Positions 56,681-64,000 of a stretch of DNA of 64,000 bases are shown here, piece after piece. The translations under genes were made by a program, and so were the position numbers. The notes beneath the pieces are model-generated. The model had not been told where the DNA came from, ran no database searches, and saw only the letters and a list, made by a program, of their open reading frames with translations. This DNA is from a virus, in IMG/VR virus record IMGVR_UViG_2511231141_000002; one strand, written 5' to 3'. Position 1 is the first letter of the stretch. Each line of letters opens with the position of its first letter.

Positions 56681-56760
56681 GGTGTGTTGTGATTTATCGA
56701 TTCGCTTTGTCCTTTGCATCACTGCTGCACTACTGTACAATGAGAGGCGAGGTGTTGTGA

Positions 56761-57099
56761 GTGCCAACCGATAAACCGAGAATCATGATCACACTGCCCG
56801 AGAAACTTTTTCAGGAAATTGAAGATTTCCGATTTGATTACCGCTATCAATCGCGGTCAGATGCTGTTTTGGCTTTGATTCGCACTGGGTTACGCTTCAA
56901 AGCTTTCGTTCGAGACATTTCGGAATCAGATTTCGAGCACGCAGACTACCAACAGGTTTCCGTGGAATCTGATCCGAATGTCGTCAATGATATGCTTCGG
57001 CGTGGATGGGTGCTGCTCTCGGTTGGGTTCTTGCACAATGCAAACGGCGAAGACGCGCCACGTTTCGTTCTAGGCTTTCCTAAGTCGAAGACTGAATAA
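56761..57099 (+). CDS. RHH regulator with a C-terminal extension
   Basis: MPTDKPRIMITLPEKL...SRSDAVLALIRTG. Confidence 0.8.
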   Translation: MPTDKPRIMITLPEKLFQEIEDFRFDYRYQSRSDAVLALIRTGLRFKAFVRDISESDFEHADYQQVSVESDPNVVNDMLRRGWVLLSVGFLHNANGEDAPRFVLGFPKSKTE

Positions 57100-57222
57100 G
57101 AATCCGCTCGGAGTGGGCTGAACTCCGACCAATTTCCATCCCGACCGTAAGAGGATGTTGGTTACATCAACGCTTGTCGTCTTTGTAATCTCAGTCATGT
57201 ATACCAACCCTTTCATGAAGGA

Positions 57223-57549
57223 GTGATCCCCTTGCCCGAAACCCGCGACCAATCCGTAAACGAGATCTTTTCTCGCTTCGTTGGGCGGCAGGTTCGTGCG
57301 CACTTACAATTCCATGAGGATCATGCAGTCCTTGAATTCGATACAGTTATTGGTCACGTGACTACAGGTGAAGACAGTCTGCACCTCATTCACTTGGATA
57401 AAGGCGTCTTCTGCATACCAAAAGGTGAAATCGTGTCATCATCCCCTGTCCACTTCATGATTCGAGGAAAACATCGGAATTTATTCGTTACATTTTGGCG
57501 AGGTTCTGAGCCTTATCCGGATGTTTCATGCACAACACCGCAAATTTGA
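57223..57549 (+). CDS. Hypothetical protein (paralog of 57682)
   Basis: Shared LPETRD start; probable TTG start after AAGGAG. Confidence 0.65.
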   Translation: MIPLPETRDQSVNEIFSRFVGRQVRAHLQFHEDHAVLEFDTVIGHVTTGEDSLHLIHLDKGVFCIPKGEIVSSSPVHFMIRGKHRNLFVTFWRGSEPYPDVSCTTPQI

Positions 57550-57661
57550 TCGTGTTGATGATCTCCTGAACCTGTGGAAACTCAATGTGCTTGCTCAGGA
57601 GTTGAATGCTGCGTTCGTAGAGGACGATCAAATCCTCGTTTGCTAGGTTCTGTGCAACCAT
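57488..57661 (-). CDS. Small hypothetical protein
   Basis: AAAGGG RBS, back-to-back with 57682. Confidence 0.5.
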   Translation of the reverse strand: MVAQNLANEDLIVLYERSIQLLSKHIEFPQVQEIINTIKFAVLCMKHPDKAQNLAKM

Positions 57662-57681
57662 GAGTCCCATCCCTTTAAGGA

Positions 57682-58041
57682 GTGATTCCCTTGCCCGAAA
57701 CCCGCGACCGCGCCGACGAGATCATCGAACGCTTTGTCGGAGTACCTGTCCGCATGACCTTGACGTGCGGTGGAAAATCGAGTCTCGTGATCGACACCGT
57801 ACTCCACCGCGTCTCCCGCCGCGACGAAGGCGGCCTGATTGCCCTGGACGGCGGCGCGTTCTTCGTCGAATCGGCGATGCTCGTGGAGGTGTCACCGGCC
57901 ATGTTGGTCCTGCGTGACACCGAGCGCCGCTGGTCACTGTCCGTCCTCCGTTGGTCTGACCTGCCCGAGGAGTTCAGGCCGTATCCGCGTGGACGGTGGG
58001 TGGATCCTCGGCCGAGCGATGATGATCCGTTTGCGGATTGA
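57682..58041 (+). CDS. Hypothetical protein (paralog of 57223)
   Basis: Shared LPETRD start. Confidence 0.65.
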   Translation: MIPLPETRDRADEIIERFVGVPVRMTLTCGGKSSLVIDTVLHRVSRRDEGGLIALDGGAFFVESAMLVEVSPAMLVLRDTERRWSLSVLRWSDLPEEFRPYPRGRWVDPRPSDDDPFAD

Positions 58042-58067
58042 GTTTTCAAGGTTCTCAGGCGATGTGA

Positions 58068-58418
58068 TCATTGATCCGTTCGTTTGCGCTCGATGATTCG
58101 TGCGATCGTGTCTGCGATCTCGCGAATCTCGTCCTGGTCGGATTCCTTCAGCCACCTTACGCGTTTCACGCCATACCGCGCGCGAAGGATGGCTGAAAGA
58201 CCGTTTTCAAGTGCGGTCCTGAGATTTATATCGTCAACCAGTGGTCGAATGCGGGCCATAAACTCTTCGCGCACCTGGGCAAACACGCCATCATCGAACC
58301 TGGATTTACGAGCCCGCAGTGCTTCGATCGCTTGCTCTTGTTGTTGCACTCGCTGTTTCAGTTCGTTCAGTTCCTCGAGCAGCGATGTGATGTCTGTTTG
58401 TTCAAGCACTGTGCTCAT
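58068..58418 (-). CDS. Hypothetical coiled-coil protein
   Basis: GAGGTG RBS; coupled to the HTH gene. Confidence 0.7.
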   Translation of the reverse strand: MSTVLEQTDITSLLEELNELKQRVQQQEQAIEALRARKSRFDDGVFAQVREEFMARIRPLVDDINLRTALENGLSAILRARYGVKRVRWLKESDQDEIREIADTIARIIERKRTDQ

Positions 58419-58645
58419 GCGATAGCATCACCTCTGCGCCTTCTGTTCTTTGTGGGCACGTTGTACATCAAGTCTTCATAGCTCAGACCAAACACTTCGT
58501 TGACGCGCTGTACAGTTTCGTGACTTGGATTTCGAGTGCCGTACTCAAGATGACGGTATCCTCGTTCCGTCATTCCAAGGCAGCGGGCCGCTTCGGCCTG
58601 CGTCATTCCGCGTTCTATGCGAGCTTGCCGAAGCCGCTCTCGCAT
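58415..58645 (-). CDS. XRE HTH, Cro-like (switch 1)
   Basis: LRQARIERGMTQAEAA..LG.TERGY..LE.G.RNP. Confidence 0.9.
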   Translation of the reverse strand: MRERLRQARIERGMTQAEAARCLGMTERGYRHLEYGTRNPSHETVQRVNEVFGLSYEDLMYNVPTKNRRRRGDAIA

Positions 58646-58664
58646 TGTCTCACCACCTTATCTA

Positions 58665-58722
58665 AGGTACCCAAGGTACCTTACACACCTTTGATTCTAA
58701 GGTACTAAAAGTACCCTGTCAA
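58665..58722 (-). promoter_or_regulatory. Operator pair AGGTAC-N5-GTACCY and TTGACA-17-TAGAAT promoter
   Basis: Operators at 58665 and 58700; the second fills the promoter spacer. Confidence 0.85.
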
Positions 58723-58736
58723 GAGGATGTTGCTTC

Positions 58737-58985
58737 GTGTTATTGGGAGAACGACTGCGTTTTTTACGGAAAGAGCGCAATCTTCGTCGAGATGATGTCG
58801 CGGCAGCGATTGGAGTTACGCCGCGTCTCATCACGTTTTACGAAACTGGCGACAAGACTCCATCTCTTGAGGCGGCAATGAAACTTGCCGACTTCTTCAA
58901 CGTCAGCCTGGACTACCTCGTGGGTCGCACCGACGACCCCACACCACCGACGCGCAGCTCGTCGTCATCGGAGCGGGATCCGTAG
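58737..58985 (+). CDS. XRE HTH, CI-like (switch 1)
   Basis: LGERLRFLRKERNL...LADFFNVSLDYLVGRTD. Confidence 0.9.
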   Translation: MLLGERLRFLRKERNLRRDDVAAAIGVTPRLITFYETGDKTPSLEAAMKLADFFNVSLDYLVGRTDDPTPPTRSSSSSERDP

Positions 58986-58989
58986 TACG

Positions 58990-59211
58990 TCACGCGCTCC
59001 TCGACTGTCGCTGAGCCAGGTCTCGAACGTCAACGCCGAGAATGTCGGACAGCTTCACCGCCATGTCCAAGGTGAGGCGGCGCTTGCCGCTTTCGTACCG
59101 TTGATACGAGCGGACTGTCACATGCAGCAAATCAGCAACTTGCTTTTGCGTCAGGCCCTTCTTCCGCCGGGCCTCTTGCAGGACTTTTTTGAGTTCCATC
59201 ACCACCGTCAC
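58990..59211 (-). CDS. XRE HTH, Cro-like (switch 2)
   Basis: LQEARRKKGLTQKQVADLL.VT.RSYQRYESG. Confidence 0.9.
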   Translation of the reverse strand: MTVVMELKKVLQEARRKKGLTQKQVADLLHVTVRSYQRYESGKRRLTLDMAVKLSDILGVDVRDLAQRQSRSA

Positions 59212-59221
59212 CTCGTATTAG

Positions 59222-59278
59222 ACGACCATTCGGTCATCTTTCTGATTGCATTCTAACACGACCGTTTGGTCATGTCAA
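59222..59278 (-). promoter_or_regulatory. Operator pair ACGACC-N4-GGTCAT and TTGACA-17-TAGAAT promoter
   Basis: Operators at 59222 and 59258. Confidence 0.85.
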
Positions 59279-59284
59279 TAGGAG

Positions 59285-59542
59285 TTGAGTTTTTTGCTCG
59301 ATTTCGGCAATCGCATGTTGGAGATTCGCAAGGCAAGGAACTTGAAGCAAACTGACATTGCGAACGCGCTTGGCATATCCGTGCGTACGTGGCAGCGATA
59401 TGAGTCCAACGAGCGGGAACCTACGCTGTCATTGCTTGTCCAGCTTGCAGACTATCTGGGTGTCTCGTTGGATTTCTTGGCAGGTCGCACCGACGACCCC
59501 ACACCTCCACCCCGCACGTCCTCATCCTCGCGGGATCCGTAG
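59285..59542 (+). CDS. XRE HTH, CI-like (switch 2)
   Basis: EIRKARNLKQTDIANALGISVRTWQRYESNEREP. Confidence 0.9.
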   Translation: MSFLLDFGNRMLEIRKARNLKQTDIANALGISVRTWQRYESNEREPTLSLLVQLADYLGVSLDFLAGRTDDPTPPPRTSSSSRDP

Positions 59543-59544
59543 GA

Positions 59545-59904
59545 CTACGCGCTCATCGCGTCGTACTCTTCCCCGAGGATCACCGATGCGCAGAGCCTCA
59601 TGACCGCATCCGGATTCGTTGCCCGCGCGTAGCCCCGCAACACACACAGCGTCGGCTGGCGCGTCCCGAGCTCCACCCGTGCGATCTGCGCCTGTGTCGT
59701 CCTTGCGCAGTAAGCGACGTACTCCTGCGTCACGCCGGCGCGAAGACGCAGCACACGGAGAGCTTGTCCAAGCCACATCGAGTCCGCTGTCATCACCTCC
59801 TCATTAGGAATATTCCTAGATATTGTTGTGTTTGATGATTGCCTGTATTCTGAGCATGTCGGCCCCATCTTCCCCACCTCAGCGCCTCGCCCCGCCGCTC
59901 CCAA
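59545..59904 (-). CDS. XRE HTH protein (true start probably MTADS)
   Basis: LRVLRLRAGVTQEYVA...QAQIARVELG.RQP. Confidence 0.8.
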   Translation of the reverse strand: MGAAGRGAEVGKMGPTCSEYRQSSNTTISRNIPNEEVMTADSMWLGQALRVLRLRAGVTQEYVAYCARTTQAQIARVELGTRQPTLCVLRGYARATNPDAVMRLCASVILGEEYDAMSA

Positions 59905-59918
59905 GGCGGGCGGGTGGG

Positions 59919-60176
59919 TTAACCACTTAGACTTTCTGGAGTATTCTGCTGTTTGAATTTCTTCACTACTTCAGTCCACAGACACGCTGGGTAGCGGTCC
60001 TGCTCCACATCATCTTTCCATTTTCGTTCGCGTTCTTCTTGACTCAGAAGAGCATACGAATTGGGTGAGACGAACCATCGGGTATTGGATTGTCGACTTG
60101 GAATCTCAATCCACTCGTTTTCCACGTTGCTCACCTCAGTAATTCGTATGCTTTCAAGGTTTGTACCAAACACCAT
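59919..60176 (-). CDS. Hypothetical protein
   Basis: Abuts the Cro stop. Confidence 0.6.
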   Translation of the reverse strand: MVFGTNLESIRITEVSNVENEWIEIPSRQSNTRWFVSPNSYALLSQEERERKWKDDVEQDRYPACLWTEVVKKFKQQNTPESLSG

Positions 60177-60395
60177 TCATTTCTTGTCATCTTTCGGAAC
60201 ATCATCTCCAAAGAGATCGTCGATAGTTGTGTTGAGTTCCTTGGCAAGTTTCTTTGCAATTCTGAGACCAGAAATCTTGCGTCCCGCCTCGATGTTGGCC
60301 AAATGAGGCCGAGAAATTCCAACTTTCATGGCGAGTTCACGTTGTGTCATGTTCATCTGCCTTCTTCTCTCAGCAAGGCGAGAGCCCAATCCCAC
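60177..60395 (-). CDS. Cro-like XRE HTH (main switch)
   Basis: LAERRRQMNMTQRELA..VGISRPHLANIEAG. Confidence 0.92.
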   Translation of the reverse strand: MGLGSRLAERRRQMNMTQRELAMKVGISRPHLANIEAGRKISGLRIAKKLAKELNTTIDDLFGDDVPKDDKK

Positions 60396-60401
60396 ATCAC
60401 C

Positions 60402-60494
60402 GTTCCTTAACGGAACAATCTACGCTTTGATTGTAGTTCCTTATAGGAACTATGTCAACAGCATGTTCCTAAAGTCGATGTTTCTTTTAGGAAC
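60402..60494. promoter_or_regulatory. Main immunity operators GTTCCT-N3-AGGAAC and TTGACA-17-TACAAT leftward promoter
   Basis: Palindrome AGTTCCT-TAT-AGGAACT at 60435-60451; variants at 60402 and 60480. Confidence 0.85.
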
Positions 60495-60529
60495 ATCGCG
60501 GTTACAATAGATACAAGGAGGAGGGGGAC

Positions 60530-61066
60530 GTGCATCTGAGCAACTTTGCCCAGCGACTTAAATGGCTGCGTGAAAGGCGTGGATGGACGCAGGAAGAACT
60601 GGCACAAGCTCTTGGGGTCTCTCGTGCGACAATTGCTGGGTATGAATCGGAGAGCAAAGGACGCATACCCCGGGAGGAAATATTGATCAAGATTGCAACC
60701 ATATTCGACTGCACAATCGATTTTCTGCTCGGGCGCACTGAAGCCCCACATCTCTTTGCTTCAAAGGACGAGTTTCCACTAGACAGTGAAGAAACGCAAT
60801 TGATAACCACTATACAAAAACTTTCTTCCGAACAGCGTAAACAAGTTCAACGATTTGCAGATTACTTGTTGTCAATTCAAGAAAGTGACGATCAGCATTC
60901 ACGTACTGACAGTGAGACTAAGTCGCAGTCGCTGAACATCACTGAACTTGCGGCTCATATGGAAAATGAATATGGTGTGATCGACCCCAATTTTGCCATT
61001 GGAATCCGCAAAGTGATCGAAGAAGTGCTCAAGGAGTATGATATAACCAAAAAGAGCAACAGGTGA
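60530..61066 (+). CDS. ImmR/CI-like repressor
   Basis: XRE HTH upstream of immA and the integrase. Confidence 0.92.
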   Translation: MHLSNFAQRLKWLRERRGWTQEELAQALGVSRATIAGYESESKGRIPREEILIKIATIFDCTIDFLLGRTEAPHLFASKDEFPLDSEETQLITTIQKLSSEQRKQVQRFADYLLSIQESDDQHSRTDSETKSQSLNITELAAHMENEYGVIDPNFAIGIRKVIEEVLKEYDITKKSNR

Positions 61067-61070
61067 GACT

Positions 61071-61547
61071 ATGAATGAATTGTTTGACATCCTTAATAGA
61101 GAGGGCATATTTATCTCCTACAAAAGATTAGAACATTTGGCAAACGGAAATTTGCTAGGATTCTATTTCTATGATGCCGAAAGAGAACAGCCATTTATTG
61201 TTCTCGAAAAGAAAATAGAACGTTCAGCAATCCTACATCGATGCGTATTAGCAGAAGAGATTGGACACTACTTCACTGTACCGAAGAGTAAGTTCATTCT
61301 TCCCTATACTTCGTACAGAGATAGACTATTTCTCAGTATTGATGAAAGAAAAGCCTTGACATGGGCCGCTAAGTTTCTTATTAGTTTGAGGGATTTGAAC
61401 GCAGCCCTACGTGCAGGGTGCGAAACCCTGGATGATTTTGCGGATTACTTGAATGTCACTCATGAAATCGCAAAAATCCGTTTACAACTAGGTGACGCCC
61501 GTGAATGCCTTTCCAGTTGGATTAGATCACGTAGCGATTTATCTTAG
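61071..61547 (+). CDS. ImmA/IrrE-family metallopeptidase (anti-repressor)
   Basis: RCVLAEEIGHYF, E.KA..WAAKFLI. Confidence 0.92.
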   Translation: MNELFDILNREGIFISYKRLEHLANGNLLGFYFYDAEREQPFIVLEKKIERSAILHRCVLAEEIGHYFTVPKSKFILPYTSYRDRLFLSIDERKALTWAAKFLISLRDLNAALRAGCETLDDFADYLNVTHEIAKIRLQLGDARECLSSWIRSRSDLS

Positions 61548-63036
61548 GAAATCTCGTGCAGATTTAGAAGCTGAGGCTCGTGGCGAAGGAGAAACTTTGA
61601 CTAAACATCGTCGAGCCCTTCTTGAACTAGCCAAACAGTATCAATATAGCATTGACCACATTTATGAAGAAATTGTCTCTGGAGAACTTATTGTCGATCG
61701 GCCGGAAGTACAGAGACTGCTACATGCTGTACGAGAGGGAAAGTACAGCGCTGTATTAGTTATGGATATTGATCGACTTGGACGTGGAAACCAGATTGAC
61801 CAAGGCATTATTCAACAAGCCTTCAAGCAATCCGGAACACTCATTATAACTCCTAGAAAAGTTTACAATCTCGAAGATGAGATAGACGAGGAATTCTCCG
61901 AGTTTGAGCAGTTCATGGCCCGCCGTGAACTCAAAATCATTACTCGTCGTATGCAACGCGGAAGAAAGCTTTCGGCAAAAGAAGGGAAGTCGATTACCCC
62001 TTATGTTCCTTTTGGTTACAAGAGGGATGAAAACCTCAAATTATATCCAGACCCCGAAACTGCACCGATCGTCCGTCAAATTTTTGAGTGGAGTGCCGAA
62101 GGATTAGGCATCATCAAAATTGCAAAGAAACTGAACGAGATGGGGGTTCCAGCTCCACGCTCGAGTGGTTGGCAGAGAACTACCGTTCAGCATATTTTGA
62201 AGAACGAAGTCTATCTTGGACGGATTGTTTGGGATAAGAAGAGGGATGTAAAAACACCTCAGGGGAAATACCGTTCTATCAAACGTCCGCGTGAGGAATG
62301 GATTGTTCACGAGAATGCTCACGAGCCTATTATCTCTCAAGAATTGTGGGATAGAGTTGTGCAAGTCCGTAAGATGAATGATCATCGAACAAAGGATAAC
62401 TATGACTTGAAAAACCCCTTTGCAGGGATTTTGAAGTGCAAACAATGTGGACGAGTTATGAAGAGGCAACCTCGCCCAAATCGTAAGGGCGATACTTTTC
62501 AGTGCTATACGGTTGGTTGTCCGACGCGAGAGGTCCTCATTTCCAAACTTGAAGATCGCGTTTTGAAATCAATTGAAGAGTTTGTTCAGTCATATGCTGC
62601 TCAATCTAGCGTTAAGAAACGTGCTGACAATCGACAAAAGCGACTGGAGACTCTACAGAGACATAAAAGATCAATTCAATCAAAAATCAGCAAACTTGAG
62701 ACGCAAAAGAACAGACTGTTTGATTTCCTTGAGCAAGGTGTTTACGACATCCAAACTTTTCTTGAAAGAAGTAAATTGGTGGGTGAACAGCTCGATCAAG
62801 CAAGAGAGGAACTCAGAACTTGTGAGCAAGCTATTGAACGTGAAACGGTTCAACAACAGCATGAGGAAGAATTGATTCCAGCGATCAGCGAGGCTATCGA
62901 GATGTATAGGTCCGCTTCCAATGCAGAAATTAAAAATATGGCGTTGAAATCAGTTATAAAGGAAATACATTATTACAGACCTCGTTCGTGGCCAAGATCC
63001 AAGGAATTTGAAATAGATATATATTTCCGCATCTGA
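61501..63036 (+). CDS. Large serine recombinase (integrase, SpoIVCA-like)
   Basis: YLRKS, DIDRLGRG, recombinase domain, CKQC/CYTVGC Zn ribbon, coiled coil. Confidence 0.96.
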   Translation: MNAFPVGLDHVAIYLRKSRADLEAEARGEGETLTKHRRALLELAKQYQYSIDHIYEEIVSGELIVDRPEVQRLLHAVREGKYSAVLVMDIDRLGRGNQIDQGIIQQAFKQSGTLIITPRKVYNLEDEIDEEFSEFEQFMARRELKIITRRMQRGRKLSAKEGKSITPYVPFGYKRDENLKLYPDPETAPIVRQIFEWSAEGLGIIKIAKKLNEMGVPAPRSSGWQRTTVQHILKNEVYLGRIVWDKKRDVKTPQGKYRSIKRPREEWIVHENAHEPIISQELWDRVVQVRKMNDHRTKDNYDLKNPFAGILKCKQCGRVMKRQPRPNRKGDTFQCYTVGCPTREVLISKLEDRVLKSIEEFVQSYAAQSSVKKRADNRQKRLETLQRHKRSIQSKISKLETQKNRLFDFLEQGVYDIQTFLERSKLVGEQLDQAREELRTCEQAIERETVQQQHEEELIPAISEAIEMYRSASNAEIKNMALKSVIKEIHYYRPRSWPRSKEFEIDIYFRI

Positions 63037-63049
63037 GCACTTGATAGTC

Positions 63050-63100
63050 AAGGAACATCATCGACGACTTAAACCGTAAAGTGACATACCCATCAGGATT
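63050..63100. other. Hybrid attachment site; predicted crossover dinucleotide at 63074-63075
   Basis: Host reading frame switches from LYG to the unrelated LSRR* here. Confidence 0.7.
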
Positions 63101-64000
63101 TTCTTCGGGTCGATTGCGCCCGTGGCGTACTCGAGCACCGATTCCACGCGGTCGGCCGGGGCCACGGGCATGGGCGGTCCGCCGACCCATCCCCACTCGT
63201 ACGTCATGAGCATGACAAAGTCCACTTCGTCGCCGAGTGCCGCGTAGTCGAAGGCGCCCATCCACGGCGCGTCCGGTTCGTCCGACGACTTGGGGCCGAG
63301 CGCCACGGAAAGGCTCCATCCTCGCGGGCGCAACGCATTGCCCAGCGCGCGGATAAATGACGTGTAGGCGGCGCGATCGCCCGGGTGCATGTGCTCGAAG
63401 TCGACATTCACGCCGCGGTAGCCCTTCTCTTCGCAGACGCGCACCGCTTGGTCGATCACGCGCTTTATGAGCGCGGGAGAATGGAGAATCGCATGCGCGA
63501 GATCGGGGTTAAAGCGATTGCCGTTGAAATTCGTGAGAGTCGCGAGCGGCGCAATGCGGAATTTGGCTGCGGCTTCGAGCATGGGCTTGTCGTTTGGCGC
63601 GTCGAGATCGCCCGTAGCCTGCACGCGGTAACTGAATGCGCAGACATAGGTGAGTTCGGACACATCCTGCAAGAGGGCGGCGTCGTTCTCGTTCCCGGCC
63701 GGCATCAGATATGCGTTCACCTCGATGGTGCGCCTTTGGGGCCGCGTGCCGGGGATGTTTACCGTAACGCCAATAGGCCATGGTCCATCCTTCGGGAGTC
63801 CCGGGTTCCAATTGGCGATGGCTGCGGGCTCAACGCCATACCGGTGTGCCAGGCGGTCCAGCGTATCACCCGCTCTCACAGCGTGGCGGATAACCCGAAG
63901 TGGCGGGCCTTTGGGAATCAGGAGCGCGATGCCCGGTACGATCACGTCCTTCGACGCGAGCTCGTTGTATCGCAGCAGGTCCCGGAGGGACACCCCGTAC
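63058..64000 (-). CDS. Host spore LysM + GH18 glycosyl hydrolase (YaaH/YdhD-like), 5' part, interrupted by the element and cut by the window edge
   Basis: LysM repeats, GYRGVNVDFE, LMTYEWGW.GGPPMPVAP, KILMGMSLYG. Confidence 0.92.
   Translation of the reverse strand, partial: YGVSLRDLLRYNELASKDVIVPGIALLIPKGPPLRVIRHAVRAGDTLDRLAHRYGVEPAAIANWNPGLPKDGPWPIGVTVNIPGTRPQRRTIEVNAYLMPAGNENDAALLQDVSELTYVCAFSYRVQATGDLDAPNDKPMLEAAAKFRIAPLATLTNFNGNRFNPDLAHAILHSPALIKRVIDQAVRVCEEKGYRGVNVDFEHMHPGDRAAYTSFIRALGNALRPRGWSLSVALGPKSSDEPDAPWMGAFDYAALGDEVDFVMLMTYEWGWVGGPPMPVAPADRVESVLEYATGAIDPKKILMGMSLYGLSRR

Larger units (their letters stand above)
58923..59557. repeat. ~75-bp direct repeat at convergent HTH junctions
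   Basis: GGTCGCACCGACGACCCCACACC...CGGGATCCGTAG..ACGCGCTC at ~58923 and ~59483. Confidence 0.85.
1..63075. mobile_element. Prophage-like integrated element (left end lies beyond the window)
   Basis: Serine integrase-ImmA-ImmR/Cro at the right end, phage replication module, Xpf-like activator; host GH18 gene broken at 63075. Confidence 0.93.

Noticed and set aside
58716-58743. Ungapped resemblance of concatenated A dinucleotides to the region upstream of 58737 (AGAGGATGT)
   Set aside because: A 9-mer match is expected many times, and extending it needs indels.
59958-59972. Gapped match of RNA C units 8-12 (GA.GT.GT.AA.AA)
   Set aside because: About 7 of 15 units overall, which is chance level.
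60521-60534. Gapped match of RNA B units 11-15 to the immR RBS/start (GA.GG.GA.GT.CA)
   Set aside because: Only five consecutive units in a G/A-rich RBS; this is expected by chance in 128 kb of both strands.

Overview
Coordinates 1 to ~63075 are the right-hand part of a large, mostly leftward-transcribed prophage-like element. The host is a high-GC spore-forming Firmicute, probably Alicyclobacillus-like (inferred from a family-G1 glutamic peptidase, a surface-protein family and GC content). A large serine recombinase has inserted the element into a host spore LysM-GH18 gene (att crossover ~63074-63075). Reading leftward from att: the integrase-ImmA-ImmR/Cro switch; three more stacked divergent regulator pairs, each with its own operator; an early/replication region (PD-(D/E)XK nuclease, primase-helicase, iteron origin, SF2 helicase, sigma factor, beta-clamp, RusA, exonuclease, Xpf-like activator); then ~32 kb of cargo (defence and toxin-antitoxin modules, a type ISP RM enzyme, a C5-MTase plus DUF4338 protein, ArdC, a SigH homolog, split sigma factors plus a halocin-C8-like bacteriocin, an SOS Y-family polymerase, tRNA-Thr and ParB paralogs). 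No virion genes are in the window. The top finding is a RAMP/Cas7-like gene (53150-53770) flanked by three non-coding tracts of strict 5-nt periodicity (GGY + variable NN; 15, 21 and 16 units) with covarying structured ends. This looks like an RNA-guided system of the kind I recall being reported as VIPR (recalled, not checked). Many apparent frameshifts are single-base losses in homopolymers and are probably sequencing errors, so pseudogene calls are provisional.
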